This document shows, one piece after another, positions 8,885-21,716 of a stretch of 64,000 bases of DNA (position 1 is the stretch's first letter; each line of letters starts with the position of its first letter). Origin of the DNA: an uncultured Rickettsiales bacterium (GTDB lineage: Bacteria > Myxococcota_A > UBA796 > UBA9615 > CAYRNR01); contig CAYTBN010000021.1 of NCBI GenBank assembly GCA_964436045.1, positions 7,642 to 71,641 on the forward strand, given 5' to 3'. The position numbers and the translations under genes were made by a program. The notes under the pieces are model-generated. The model searched no databases. It was not told the DNA's origin and saw only the letters and a list, made by a program, of their open reading frames with translations.

Positions 8885-9772
8885 CTACCAGCGGGCCATC
8901 ACCGAGAGGCCGCCACCGTCCGGTCCGGCGTGGGGAGCGAACACCACTGGCGGCGGGCTGCCCCGGCGGCGGTGCAGGGCGGGGATGACGATCCCGGTGG
9001 CGGCGCCGATGATGGCGCCGGCCATCACGTCGCTGGGGAAGTGTTTGCCCGACTGTACCCGCAGGATCCCCACGGTGACGCCCATCGCCAGGGCGCCGCC
9101 CCACATGACGAACAGCGGCCCGGGGTGGTCGTCCAGGTGCTTGTAGGTCAGCAGACTGGCGGTGGCGAACATCGCCGAGAACGCCAGCGCGGTGTGTCCG
9201 GACCAGAACGACAGGGCGGCGTCGGGATCCTCGAGGGCCTCCTCGTAGGCCAGCCGGTCGGCCCCCGAGCCCGCCAGGATCGAGGCATGGGTCTCCGGAT
9301 CCGCGCCGAGGATGTACATGTAGGGTCGGTACCGGGTGAAGGCCCACTTGGTCAGATTGGTCAGGGCGCCCGCGAAGAACAGGGTTTCCATCGCGATCAC
9401 GGCGTCGGTCCAGAACCAGCTACCCGGGGCGTGGCGGGACGAGCCCCAAGCGATGTCGTCGATGCCGTTGATCAGCAAGGGCAAGGCGAAGGCGCCGTAA
9501 AGCAGGACATCCGATGCCTCGGCCGCGGACGGGTTCCAGTTCCCGATGGCGCCCCGATCGGCCTGACCGATGGCGTCGTAGGTCAGCGGGTCGAACGCCC
9601 CCGCGCTGAACTCGTCCTTGAGCGTCAGCTCGGTCATCAGCCAGACCGTGCCGAAGGCCAGGGTCAGCGGGAGATCGATCTCCTCGCGGACAAACAGCGG
9701 AGGTTGGGCCTCGGCAGCGTGCGCCGGTCTGGGCACCAGCGCGATCAGGACCAGCAGCAACAACGGGCGCAT
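8885..9772 (-). CDS. PAP2-family (type 2 phosphatidic acid phosphatase superfamily) phosphatase, secreted/membrane
   Basis: Signal peptide MRPLLLLVLIALVPRPAHA. PAP2 motifs KWAFTRYRP, SGHT and SGKHFPSDV are present. A strong SD (GGAGAGGGAG) precedes the ATG at 9770-9772. Confidence 0.85.
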   Translation of the reverse strand: MRPLLLLVLIALVPRPAHAAEAQPPLFVREEIDLPLTLAFGTVWLMTELTLKDEFSAGAFDPLTYDAIGQADRGAIGNWNPSAAEASDVLLYGAFALPLLINGIDDIAWGSSRHAPGSWFWTDAVIAMETLFFAGALTNLTKWAFTRYRPYMYILGADPETHASILAGSGADRLAYEEALEDPDAALSFWSGHTALAFSAMFATASLLTYKHLDDHPGPLFVMWGGALAMGVTVGILRVQSGKHFPSDVMAGAIIGAATGIVIPALHRRRGSPPPVVFAPHAGPDGGGLSVMARW

Positions 9773-9864
9773 CGGATCGCTCCCTCTCCGGCCGGACGGC
9801 GCACCGGCACCCTACCAGCATAGGACAAAACGCGGCGGAGGAGCGACGTGCAGCTGAGCGGAGG

Positions 9865-11682
9865 TCAGCGGATCTGGATCGGGAGGGTACCGAGACCGGC
9901 GCCGCCGCTGGTACGGCGGACGTTACCGATCCGCAGCTCGGAGAGGAAGGCGGCGTCCACAGTCAGCTCCATGCCGCAGCCCAGACGAAGGGTGAGCGCG
10001 TCGGTGCCCAGCTTGCCGACGAAGGAGCCGCCGTCGCGCAGCTTGACCGAGACCGCGCCAGCGATGGGCTGGTCGAAGCGGATGGCCGCGATCTCGTCGA
10101 GCTTGAGGGCCAGCTCGCCGAAGGAGGTCTCGACGGGCAGCGAGCCCGCCGTCGGTCGCGCGAACCAGCGGTCGCCGTTGGAGAGCACGAGCACAGGGGA
10201 TCCAGGATCGACCGCAGGTTCCAGCAACAACCCGGGGACCTCGAGGCTCACCAGCTGCCGCTGTTCCAGCGTCAGCTCCTGGCCCGTACGGTGCCGGAAG
10301 ACCACGGTCTCGTCCAGGAGGATCCCGGACAGGGTCGAGCCGTCGGCCAGCACGATGCGGTGCACGCCGCCGTCCGCACGCAGGTCCAGGCTGGCGACCT
10401 TGTTGCGCGGCACGCGGATGGTTCCCATCGCCGTGGCCAGCTGGAAGGCGTCCCCGAGGATCTTGCCCTCGAGCCGATCCCCCTGGCGCAGCACGGCGCG
10501 GTCGGCGGTGGACTGGTAGCTCTCTTCGGCCTCGCTACGCTGGTGCATGCCGATGCGATCGATGGTCTCCAGGGGGATGTCGACGGCCTTTCCCCCCGGC
10601 AGCCGCAGGTTCGCGGTCTCGGCGGTCAGGTCGCCGACGAACACCTCGCCGGACAGCAGCACGACCGTGTCGCCCACCCGCCCGGGACCGCCGGCGATGA
10701 CACCGGCGATGTCCTTGAGCTTGACCTCGTGCGCGCCGTAGGGAGTCTCGATGGTCCACTTCTTGTCGCCGAGGGTTCCCTCGAGGCGGTTGCCGTCGCG
10801 CAGCTCGACGATGTCGCGCTCACCGCCGCGCAACAGTCCGGAGACGCGGAACGTGGGGCCGCGCCCGCCGCCAGTGAAGTTGGAGACCAGGTAGGGCAGA
10901 TCGGCCAGTGCCGCTCCCGTGTCGAAGGAGCCGAGCCACTGGCTCCCCTCCTCCCGGATGGTCCGCATGGCCACGAACAGGACGATGGCGGTGGTGTCGC
11001 CCGGGGGCACCTCGACCGAGTAGCGGATGTTGGGGAGGTCGCTGCCACCCATCAGGGTCGCGATCCCGGCGGTCTGGGCGCCGTCGTCGCCGAAGATCAC
11101 CGCCACCGAAGGATCGTCGGCGCCCGGGCTGCCGTCGTCGGTGACCCAGCCCCGGTCGTCGGGGCCGACGATGGTGTCCCCGTCCGTGGTGGTGACCACG
11201 ACGGTACCGTCGTCGCTGCCCAGGGCGATGTTGTGGGTCAGGGTCGCCGTCATGGACGTCGAGCCGGGGTTGTAGAGCAGCTCGACGAAGCGGGCGTAGC
11301 CGTCGTCGGCGGCGATCAGAACCCGCCTCGCCAGCATCAGTCCTCCCCCGCCAACGCCCACGGGTGGCAGAGCGATCTCACGCCCGCCTTCGAGGATGTT
11401 GCCGTACCCGGCGAAGCTCGCCGACGAACCGTTGACCTCGACGGTCATGGCGCCGTCGAAGGCATCGTTGAGCCCGTCTCCGATGGACCCGTCGTACTGG
11501 ATGTCCCACGAATACCCCAGGCCGTCAGACAGCGTGAACGGCAGCGAGGTCTGCATGGTCCCCTGCAGCTCGGGGAACAGATCGGCTGTGGTGCCGCCGG
11601 CCACACCGAAGGGTTGGGCCGCAGCCGACAGCGGAGTGAGGATCAGGATCGACGCAACAACGAGACATGGAATCGCACGCAC
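9865..11682 (-). CDS. secreted hypothetical protein (~605 aa)
   Basis: GTG at 11680-11682 sits 5 nt after AGGAGG and gives signal peptide MRAIPCLVVASILILTPLSAAAQP. The six-frame ORF extends further upstream as Arg-rich junk. The rest has balanced composition and is Gly/Asp-rich beta-like. Confidence 0.7.
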   Translation of the reverse strand: MRAIPCLVVASILILTPLSAAAQPFGVAGGTTADLFPELQGTMQTSLPFTLSDGLGYSWDIQYDGSIGDGLNDAFDGAMTVEVNGSSASFAGYGNILEGGREIALPPVGVGGGGLMLARRVLIAADDGYARFVELLYNPGSTSMTATLTHNIALGSDDGTVVVTTTDGDTIVGPDDRGWVTDDGSPGADDPSVAVIFGDDGAQTAGIATLMGGSDLPNIRYSVEVPPGDTTAIVLFVAMRTIREEGSQWLGSFDTGAALADLPYLVSNFTGGGRGPTFRVSGLLRGGERDIVELRDGNRLEGTLGDKKWTIETPYGAHEVKLKDIAGVIAGGPGRVGDTVVLLSGEVFVGDLTAETANLRLPGGKAVDIPLETIDRIGMHQRSEAEESYQSTADRAVLRQGDRLEGKILGDAFQLATAMGTIRVPRNKVASLDLRADGGVHRIVLADGSTLSGILLDETVVFRHRTGQELTLEQRQLVSLEVPGLLLEPAVDPGSPVLVLSNGDRWFARPTAGSLPVETSFGELALKLDEIAAIRFDQPIAGAVSVKLRDGGSFVGKLGTDALTLRLGCGMELTVDAAFLSELRIGNVRRTSGGAGLGTLPIQIR

Positions 11683-11753
11683 GAGGCACCTCCTGAGCGG
11701 GAATATTACTGGGACACCCGTTGCGGGTCTTTCGTTCCCCTGGTCGTGGCCGG

Positions 11754-14381
<2,628 letters not shown>

Positions 14382-14460
14382 GACTGCCTCGCATCGGGAC
14401 ACGGAGGTGTCGCCAGCAGATTTCTAGCGTTGCGACCCCGCCGGGTCAATTGGCGGGGCG

Positions 14461-15570
14461 CTAGTCGTCGAGTTCGGCGGTGGGTTGCCAGAGGCCGGTG
14501 GTGTCGGAGGAGGCGACCTGCAGGGCGAAGTGGTCCGGGTTGCGGCAGTACTGCAGGGCCTCGTCCTGGCTGATCAGCTGGTCGCGGAAGGCCGAGAAGA
14601 CCGACTGGTCGAAGGTCTGGGTGCCGTGGGTCTCGAACGAACTGTTCAGGGCGTCGGGCAGCTCGTGGATCCGGTCGGGATCGGCGACCAGGTCGCGGAT
14701 CTTGTCGTTGTTGACCAGCACCTCGGTCAGCAGCAGCACCGCCGCCCCCTCGGGCCGGTGGATCAGCCTCTGGCTGACGATGGCCCGCAAGGTCTGGGCG
14801 ATCCGGTGCCGCGCGGCCCGGTCGTTGTCCTTGGGGAAGGCCGCGGTCAGCCGATGGATGGTCTCTTCGGCGTTGGGGGTGGCCATGGTCGCGATCACCA
14901 GCCGCCCCCCCTCGGCGGCGGACAGGGCGGCCTGGATCGTCTCGTCGTTGGGCAACTCGCCGACGGCGATCACGTCCGGGTCCTGGCGGGGGGCGCAGCG
15001 CAGCGCCGACGCGTAGTCCGAGGCATCGACCCCAATCTCGCGCTGGCTGATGATGCAGCGCTTGTCCAGGTACATGAACTCGATGGGGTCCTCGATGGTG
15101 AGGATGTGTCCGCCCCGGTGACCGTTCACGTGGTCGACGATCGACGCCAGGCTGGTGGTCTTGCCGCAGGCGGCGGGTCCGGTGACCAGCACCAGCCCCG
15201 AGCGCTCCTCGGCGATACGGTTGAGCGCCCGCGGTAGCCGCAGCTCCTCGAAGGTGGCGATGCGGGCCGGGATCGAGCGCACGGCCATGGCCACGGTCAT
15301 CCGCTGCCGGAAGACGTTGACCCGGAACCGCCCGAGCCCCTTGACGCCGTACGAGGTGGCCAGCTCGCTCTGGCGGTTGAACCGGTCCCGCTGGATCTTC
15401 GACATCATCGAGGCGGCGAGCTTGCCCGCCTCTTCGGGTTCGAAGCGGGACGAGTCCCTCAGCGGCAGGAAGGAGCCGTTGACCCGGAACATCGGCGGCA
15501 GGCCGACCCGGATGTGGATGTCGCTGGCGCCGTTCTTGACCGCGATCTGCAGAATCTCGTCGAAGGTCAT
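14461..15570 (-). CDS. pilT: PilT/PilU-family type IV pilus retraction ATPase paralog with degenerate catalytic motifs
   Basis: MTFDEILQIAVKNGASDIHI aligns residue-for-residue with the PilT N-terminus (MDITELLAFSAKQGASDLHL). The Walker A reads GPAACGKTT rather than GPTGSGKST, and the His box TLHT is replaced by TMAT. Confidence 0.8.
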   Translation of the reverse strand: MTFDEILQIAVKNGASDIHIRVGLPPMFRVNGSFLPLRDSSRFEPEEAGKLAASMMSKIQRDRFNRQSELATSYGVKGLGRFRVNVFRQRMTVAMAVRSIPARIATFEELRLPRALNRIAEERSGLVLVTGPAACGKTTSLASIVDHVNGHRGGHILTIEDPIEFMYLDKRCIISQREIGVDASDYASALRCAPRQDPDVIAVGELPNDETIQAALSAAEGGRLVIATMATPNAEETIHRLTAAFPKDNDRAARHRIAQTLRAIVSQRLIHRPEGAAVLLLTEVLVNNDKIRDLVADPDRIHELPDALNSSFETHGTQTFDQSVFSAFRDQLISQDEALQYCRNPDHFALQVASSDTTGLWQPTAELDD

Positions 15571-15659
15571 TCCCATGGCCCGACGATCATGCCGCACACC
15601 GCTCGGGGAGGGAAGGTGTCACGTCGGTGGAGCTGTTTACCGGTGCTCACGGCGGTAGC

Positions 15660-16727
<1,068 letters not shown>

Positions 16728-16740
16728 CGGCTCTCCGCTA

Positions 16741-16757
16741 CTGCTCAGGCGTTCAGT
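16741..16757 (-). promoter_or_regulatory. candidate LexA (SOS) box upstream of recA: CTGCTCAGGCGTTCAGT
   Basis: It lies in the 46-nt thpR-recA intergenic region and contains GTTCAG, the conserved half of the delta-proteobacterial/Myxococcus LexA box (CTRHAMRYBYGTTCAGS), in a CTG-N10-CAG inverted arrangement. Three positions deviate from the consensus. Confidence 0.3.
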
Positions 16758-16773
16758 GTCGAGCGATCTCTTT

Positions 16774-17379
16774 CTACAACGTGCGCGCGGGGGATGCAAG
16801 GTGATCCGCCAGCGGTGCCCGCGCCAGGACATGGTGGCGCGCTCCGCCGGGGTCCAGCACGCTGCGGTAGAGGTTCACCTCGTCCACCGGCAGGGTGCCC
16901 AGCCGCGTGGGCGGCTCGTCGACGACGGCTTCGAGGGCGGCGATTCCGTCGGGCGTCGGCCGCTGGCGGAAGCGCGCGAGGGTCAGGTGAGGTCGCCAGC
17001 GCCGCCGGTCGACCCTCAGCTTGCGGCGGGTCAACACGCGCCGGCAGGCCCGGTGGACCGCCGCCAGGGACTCGTTCGCGGACAAACCGACCCACAGGAC
17101 CTGCGGTCGAGTGGCGCCGGGGAACAGACCGAATCCACCCACGTCGATGGCAAACCGGGGCTGGGGCGCGCAGGCGACCGCCAGCTCATCGCCGAGGCGG
17201 CCTGCCAGCCCGGGGGACACGTCGCCAAGGAAGTGCAGCGTCAGGTGGATCGCGGCCGGACGCACCCAGGAAGCCTTCGGCAGCAGGGGTCGTAGACGAT
17301 CCTGCTCACCGGCGAGGCGCTCGTGGAGGATTGCAGGGACAGGCACCGCGATGAAGGCGCGGATCCGCTCGTCGTTCAC
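16774..17379 (-). CDS. thpR: RNA 2',3'-cyclic phosphodiesterase (2'-5' RNA ligase LigT/ThpR family)
   Basis: Two H-x-T-x motifs (HLTLHFLG and HLTLARF) are present in a ~200 aa protein. It sits between cinA and recA in the classic cinA-ligT-recA arrangement. Confidence 0.8.
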   Translation of the reverse strand: MNDERIRAFIAVPVPAILHERLAGEQDRLRPLLPKASWVRPAAIHLTLHFLGDVSPGLAGRLGDELAVACAPQPRFAIDVGGFGLFPGATRPQVLWVGLSANESLAAVHRACRRVLTRRKLRVDRRRWRPHLTLARFRQRPTPDGIAALEAVVDEPPTRLGTLPVDEVNLYRSVLDPGGARHHVLARAPLADHLASPARTL

Positions 17380-18626
17380 CCCGCACTCCGGGCCAGATCA
17401 CGGCGCAGCATCTCCAGCACCGCCTGGGCAGCCAGCTGTCGATTCAGGGCCCGGTCGCGAAACAGCTGTAGCCTGCGCACGCGGGTTCCGTCGGGGCCGG
17501 CGACGGCGGCGAATACCAGTCCCACCGGCTTGTCGGCCGTGCCGCCACCCGGGCCCGCGACGCCTGTCAGCGCCACCGCCCAGTCGGCTGACGCGACCCG
17601 TCGTGCGCCGTCTGCCATCTCCCGCGCCACCTCCTCGCTGACGGCGCCGTGTTCGATCAGCAACGCCTCGGGGACACCGAGCATCTCCTGTTTGGCCTCG
17701 TTGGCGTAGGTCACGAATCCGCGCTGGAAGACGTCCGAGGCACCGGCCTCCGCGGTGAGCGTCTGGGCCACCAACCCGCCGGTACACGACTCGGCGGTGG
17801 TCACGGTCTGACCCCGTTCCCGCAGCAGCTGCGCCACCACCACGGCCAGGGTCGCGTCGCCCTCGCCATAGCAGTCGATGCCCAGCCGCTCCCGCAGCGC
17901 GATGTGGGCCGCCTCGAAGGCCCGGATCAGCTCCGGATCGCGTGTGTCGCCCTGAGCCAGCAGCTTGATGTGGTTCTCGAACATGTAGGTACGGAATCCC
18001 AGCGAGATCCGGGGATCGCCGGGATCGAAGCCGCGGAGGCGCTCCTGGAGCACGGATTCGCCGAGGGCGGCGACCCGCAGCGAGGCGCTCAGGGGCGGAT
18101 GAACCGGCCAATGGGACCCGATGAGATCCAGCACCGCCGGGGCAAACATCTGCTTCATCTCGGTGGGCACGCCGGGGAGGAAGACGGCCAGCGTCTCCCC
18201 CAGTTCGACGGCAAAACCGGGCGCCGTCCCGCGGCCGTTGGGGATCAGGCGGGCGCCGACGGGCAGCATCGCCTGCTTGCGGTTGGATTCGTTCATCTCC
18301 CGGCCGCGGTTCTCGAAGGCCGCCCGCACCTGGCGCAGGGCCTCGGCGTCGAGGGCCTGCTCGACCCCGGCGACCACCGCGACGGCCTCGGAGGTCAGGT
18401 CGTCGTCCGTGGGACCCAACCCCCCCGTACTGATCACCAGATCCGCGCGCTCGCACGCGTGGCGGAGGGCGTCGACGATGTCCTCGCGGCGATCCCCGCA
18501 GCTCAGGGCACCCCTCACCCTGAATCCTCGCTCGTGGAGCTGCTCGGCGAGCCAGGCGGCGTTGGTATCCACCAGCTGTCCGGTGACGATCTCGTTTCCC
18601 TGGGAAAGAATCTGAGCAACTGGCAT
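17376..18626 (-). CDS. cinA: CinA-family competence/damage-inducible protein (MoCF-binding domain + C-terminal CinA/PncC-like domain)
   Basis: MPVAQILSQGNEIVTGQLVDTNAAWLAEQL…LVISTGGLGPTDDDLT… is the MocF-binding domain. The C-terminal …TAESCTGGLVAQ… is the CinA domain. A 4-nt overlap links it to thpR. Confidence 0.9.
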   Translation of the reverse strand: MPVAQILSQGNEIVTGQLVDTNAAWLAEQLHERGFRVRGALSCGDRREDIVDALRHACERADLVISTGGLGPTDDDLTSEAVAVVAGVEQALDAEALRQVRAAFENRGREMNESNRKQAMLPVGARLIPNGRGTAPGFAVELGETLAVFLPGVPTEMKQMFAPAVLDLIGSHWPVHPPLSASLRVAALGESVLQERLRGFDPGDPRISLGFRTYMFENHIKLLAQGDTRDPELIRAFEAAHIALRERLGIDCYGEGDATLAVVVAQLLRERGQTVTTAESCTGGLVAQTLTAEAGASDVFQRGFVTYANEAKQEMLGVPEALLIEHGAVSEEVAREMADGARRVASADWAVALTGVAGPGGGTADKPVGLVFAAVAGPDGTRVRRLQLFRDRALNRQLAAQAVLEMLRRDLARSAG

Positions 18627-18655
18627 GATCCGGCGATTGTAGCCTAGGAGGTCCG

Positions 18656-19669
18656 TTGAAGCGGCTGGCGAAGATCCTCGGTGCGTTGACCCTGTTCGCG
18701 CTCGTACTGGCGGGGGGCGCCGCCCTCTGGATCGGCCTGCAGGCGCGGGCCTTCTTGGGAGGGGTGCCGGCGGCGACCGGGGAGGAGCGGGTGGTCGCGA
18801 TTCCCCGTGGCGCCAGCGGACGTTCGGTCGCCGAGCTGCTGGCGAGTGAGGGGATCGTCACCGACGCCGACCGCTTCTACCTCTTGCTGAGATACCGCGA
18901 CGCTGTCCCTGGCATCCGCGCCGGAGAGTTCGCCTTCCGCACGGACTGGACGCCCGACGAGGTCATCGCCGCGCTCCACGACGCGGCCGAGGTCACCTAT
19001 CCGCTGTCCGTGCCCGAGGGGCTGCGCTTCCTGGAGGTCGCCGAGCGGGTGGAGGCCGCGGGACGCGGCTGGTCGGCGGACGCCTTCCTGATGCTGGTCA
19101 AGGATCCCGGACTGCGGGAGCGGATGGGGGTGACCGCCGACGATCTGGAGGGCTACCTGCTTCCGGAGACCTACCGCTTTGCCCGCGACGCGGACGAGCG
19201 GGACGTGATCGAGGCGATGCTCGGCGAGTTCGAGGCCAGCTGGGGACCGGCCGAGATGGCCCGGGCCCAGGAGCTGGAGATGACCCGCCACGAGGTGGTG
19301 ATCCTGGCGTCCCTGGTCGAGAAGGAGACCGCGGCACCCGCCGAGCGGCCCCAGATCGCCAGCGTCTTCCACAACCGCCTACGGATCGGCATGAAGCTGG
19401 AGTGCGATCCGACCATCGTCTACGGCATCGAGAACTACGACGGCGTGATCCACAAGAGCGACATCCGCAACCCCCACCCGTGGAACACCTACGTCCACCC
19501 CGGGCTCCCCAAGGGCCCGATCGCGAACCCCGGCGGCGAGGCGATCCAGGCGGTCCTGCATCCGGACGAGACCCGCTACCTGTACTTCGTCAGCCGCAAC
19601 GACGGCACCCACCATTTCTCGACGAGCTACGCCGAGCACAATCGGATGGTGCAGAAGCATCAGAGGTAG
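18656..19669 (+). CDS. mltG: endolytic murein transglycosylase MltG (YceG family)
   Basis: TTG start is 5 nt after AGGAGG. An N-terminal TM helix is followed by the YceG-like domain (…SVFHNRLRIGMKLECDPTIVYG…). Confidence 0.9.
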   Translation: MKRLAKILGALTLFALVLAGGAALWIGLQARAFLGGVPAATGEERVVAIPRGASGRSVAELLASEGIVTDADRFYLLLRYRDAVPGIRAGEFAFRTDWTPDEVIAALHDAAEVTYPLSVPEGLRFLEVAERVEAAGRGWSADAFLMLVKDPGLRERMGVTADDLEGYLLPETYRFARDADERDVIEAMLGEFEASWGPAEMARAQELEMTRHEVVILASLVEKETAAPAERPQIASVFHNRLRIGMKLECDPTIVYGIENYDGVIHKSDIRNPHPWNTYVHPGLPKGPIANPGGEAIQAVLHPDETRYLYFVSRNDGTHHFSTSYAEHNRMVQKHQR

Positions 19670-19689
19670 GCGCCCGGCGCCGTGTTCCC

Positions 19690-21483
19690 CTACAGCTGGA
19701 TCATGATCCCGGCGCCACCATCGATGATGAGCTGGGTCTCGCTGTAGTTGCTGTCGATGCCGCGGATGCGCTTGGCATGGGCGAAGCCGAGGTTCATCCC
19801 CACGAAGAAGCCGAAGCTCTCGGTGATCTTGAAGTCGGCGCCGCCCCGGACCTTGAAGCCGGGCGCGAACAGGGCACCGATGTTCGGGTCGACGTAGTAC
19901 AGTACGAAGACCGCGTCACCGCCGATGTAGGGGTGCACGACGCCGCGCATGCCCTTGTAGCTGGCGCCGATGGCCAGCGGGATCAGCGTCGCTACCTTGT
20001 TCTGCTCCTGCTGGCTGGTCGGGCCGCCCGCGGTCCAGCCCTTGAACTGGATGTCGATCAGCACGTTGCGGTGAACGTGGATGCCGATGTCACCGCCGTA
20101 GCTGAAGAACCCCTGGTAGTAGTACGCGCCGCCCACCGAGGCCTTGAGGCAGACGTGGGCCAGATCGGAGTCGCCGGTGTAGGTCGCGCGGCCGCCGCTG
20201 CGGCTGCTGCCGCTCGATCGGTACTCGTCGCGGGGGTCGTAGCGGTCCCGGTCGTCCTCCACCGGGCGGCGGTCGTCGCGGGCGCTGCGGTAGTCGTCCT
20301 CGTAGTCGTCCTCGTAGTCGTCCTCGTAGCTGCCGTAGTCGTCCTCTTCCTCTTCCTCGTCCTCGTAGCGCCCGTAGTCGTAGCCGTCGTCCTCGTCCTC
20401 TTCGTCCTCGTAGCTGCCGTAGCCGTAGTCGTCTTCTTCCTCTTCCTCGTCCTCGTAGCGCCCGTAGCCGTCGTCCTCTTCGTCGTCTTCCTCTTCCTCG
20501 TCGTCTTCGTAGCGTCCGTATCCGTAGCCGTCGTCCTCGTCTTCCTCATCGCCGATCATGATCGCGTCGGTGTCGCTGATGATGATGACGTCCTCGTCTT
20601 CCTCTTCCTCGTCCTCGTACCGACGGCGCTCCTCCTCCGCTTCACGCTCACGGCGCGCGGCGGCGCGGGCCCGGCGCTCCTCCTCTTCACGCTCCCGTTC
20701 CTCGGCTTCCTCCCGCTCGCGCCGTTCATCGTCATCGCGCGCCCGGCGTCGCTCCGCGGCCTCTCGCTCCCGCCGCTCCTCCTCGCGGCGCTCCTCCTCC
20801 TCGCGGCGCAGGCGCTCCTCCTCCTGCTTGCGGCGAATCTCCTCCTCGGAGAGGTCCAGGTCGTAGACCATCCCGAGATCCTCGTCGTCACCGAAGTCGT
20901 ATTCCGCGTCGTCGTCGTCGTCGTCCAGACCGAGCAGATCGTCTTCCATGGCCAGGGCCGGGGTATCGTCCTCCGTGGCCATCTCGGCGGCCACGGCGGC
21001 CGCGGTCCGCGGCCGCTCCCCGGTGAGCAGCTCGGAGACCAGCGGCGGGATCTCGGTCAGCATCGACTCGGGGGAGGTCTGGACCTCCTCGGTGACGGTG
21101 CGTTCGTAGCTGGAGTCGGTGGGGTCGAACAGCCGCAGCTTGAGCTTGAACTGGGTGTCCGCTGTGCCGTCGGTGACCGAGCCGACGATGAGCCGCTGGT
21201 AGCCGTTGTCACCGGCGAACTTGTTCAGGCAGCTCGAGCTCGCGGGGCAGCCGTTGTCGAACTCGTCCGCTCCGTGCTGCATCGTGAACTCGAAGTCGCC
21301 TTGGATGTCCACCTCGCTGACGATCAGCGAGGTGATGTTCACCACGACGTTCTTCGTGATCTTCTTGCCTCCGCCGGTCAGCTCCAGCACCCCACAGGTC
21401 TGAGCAGTGGCGGGCAGCGCGTGGGCGAACGCGCACAGGGCGAGCAGCGAAGGGATCAACCAGCGCTGGGATCTCGACTTCAT
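19690..21483 (-). CDS. secreted protein with N-terminal globular domain, E/R-rich single-alpha-helix-like segment, tandem acidic Tyr/Gly repeats and a C-terminal beta-rich domain
   Basis: ATG at 21481-21483 gives signal peptide MKSRSQRWLIPSLLALCAFAHALPATAQ. About 120 aa of EEERLRREEEERREEERREREAAERRR… follow. Then come repeats of DDGYGYGRYEDEEEEEDD (DNA tandem repeats at 20230-20560). The C-terminal ~110 aa are rich in aromatics and beta-strand formers. Confidence 0.75.
   Translation of the reverse strand: MKSRSQRWLIPSLLALCAFAHALPATAQTCGVLELTGGGKKITKNVVVNITSLIVSEVDIQGDFEFTMQHGADEFDNGCPASSSCLNKFAGDNGYQRLIVGSVTDGTADTQFKLKLRLFDPTDSSYERTVTEEVQTSPESMLTEIPPLVSELLTGERPRTAAAVAAEMATEDDTPALAMEDDLLGLDDDDDDAEYDFGDDEDLGMVYDLDLSEEEIRRKQEEERLRREEEERREEERREREAAERRRARDDDERREREEAEEREREEEERRARAAARREREAEEERRRYEDEEEEDEDVIIISDTDAIMIGDEEDEDDGYGYGRYEDDEEEEDDEEDDGYGRYEDEEEEEDDYGYGSYEDEEDEDDGYDYGRYEDEEEEEDDYGSYEDDYEDDYEDDYRSARDDRRPVEDDRDRYDPRDEYRSSGSSRSGGRATYTGDSDLAHVCLKASVGGAYYYQGFFSYGGDIGIHVHRNVLIDIQFKGWTAGGPTSQQEQNKVATLIPLAIGASYKGMRGVVHPYIGGDAVFVLYYVDPNIGALFAPGFKVRGGADFKITESFGFFVGMNLGFAHAKRIRGIDSNYSETQLIIDGGAGIMIQL
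20230..20560 (-). repeat. tandem ~60-nt coding repeats (acidic YG repeats) inside the 19690-21483 CDS
   Basis: Units of gtcgtcctcgtagc[gt]cccgtag…tcctcttcctcttcctc recur directly, encoding DDGYGYGRYEDEEEEEDD-type units. Confidence 0.7.
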
Positions 21484-21716
21484 CGAGCGTTCCCTCTCTT
21501 CCGTGTTGGCGGACGTTTCGGGCCGCACACCCGTGAAACGGTCGAGCCACCATAGAGTTACCGGGGTTGGGTGCCTTTCGCGCGGCGCGCGTACGCGTGC
21601 CTCCCGACTGCCCCGGGAACCGGGGGAATCTACCACAAGCGGGCGCGCAGGCAAGCGCGGATCGGCCGCGGCCCAAATTGACAGGCTCCAGACCCTCGGC
21701 CACCCTGGGGAGCACC

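Noticed and set aside
7555-8988. 477-aa ORF on + strand
   Set aside because: It is antisense to the flotillin-like and lipoprotein genes and is Leu/Gly/Arg-rich with no motifs.
14441-14462. Hairpin CCCCGCC-N9-GGCGGGG between pilT and alaS as a possible terminator
   Set aside because: The stem overlaps the pilT stop codon and is not followed by a T-tract on the relevant strand. More likely it is just GC-rich intergenic sequence, and pilT and alaS may be co-transcribed.
17398-18861. 487-aa ORF on - strand overlapping cinA in another frame
   Set aside because: It is an Arg/Gly-rich off-frame shadow. cinA gives a clean family match.
21679-21716. TTGACA hexamer 33 nt upstream of the sulfatase-like gene start as a sigma-70 -35 box
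   Set aside because: There is no acceptable -10 hexamer at 16-18 nt spacing (the sequence there is CCACCCT), so it cannot be supported from sequence alone.
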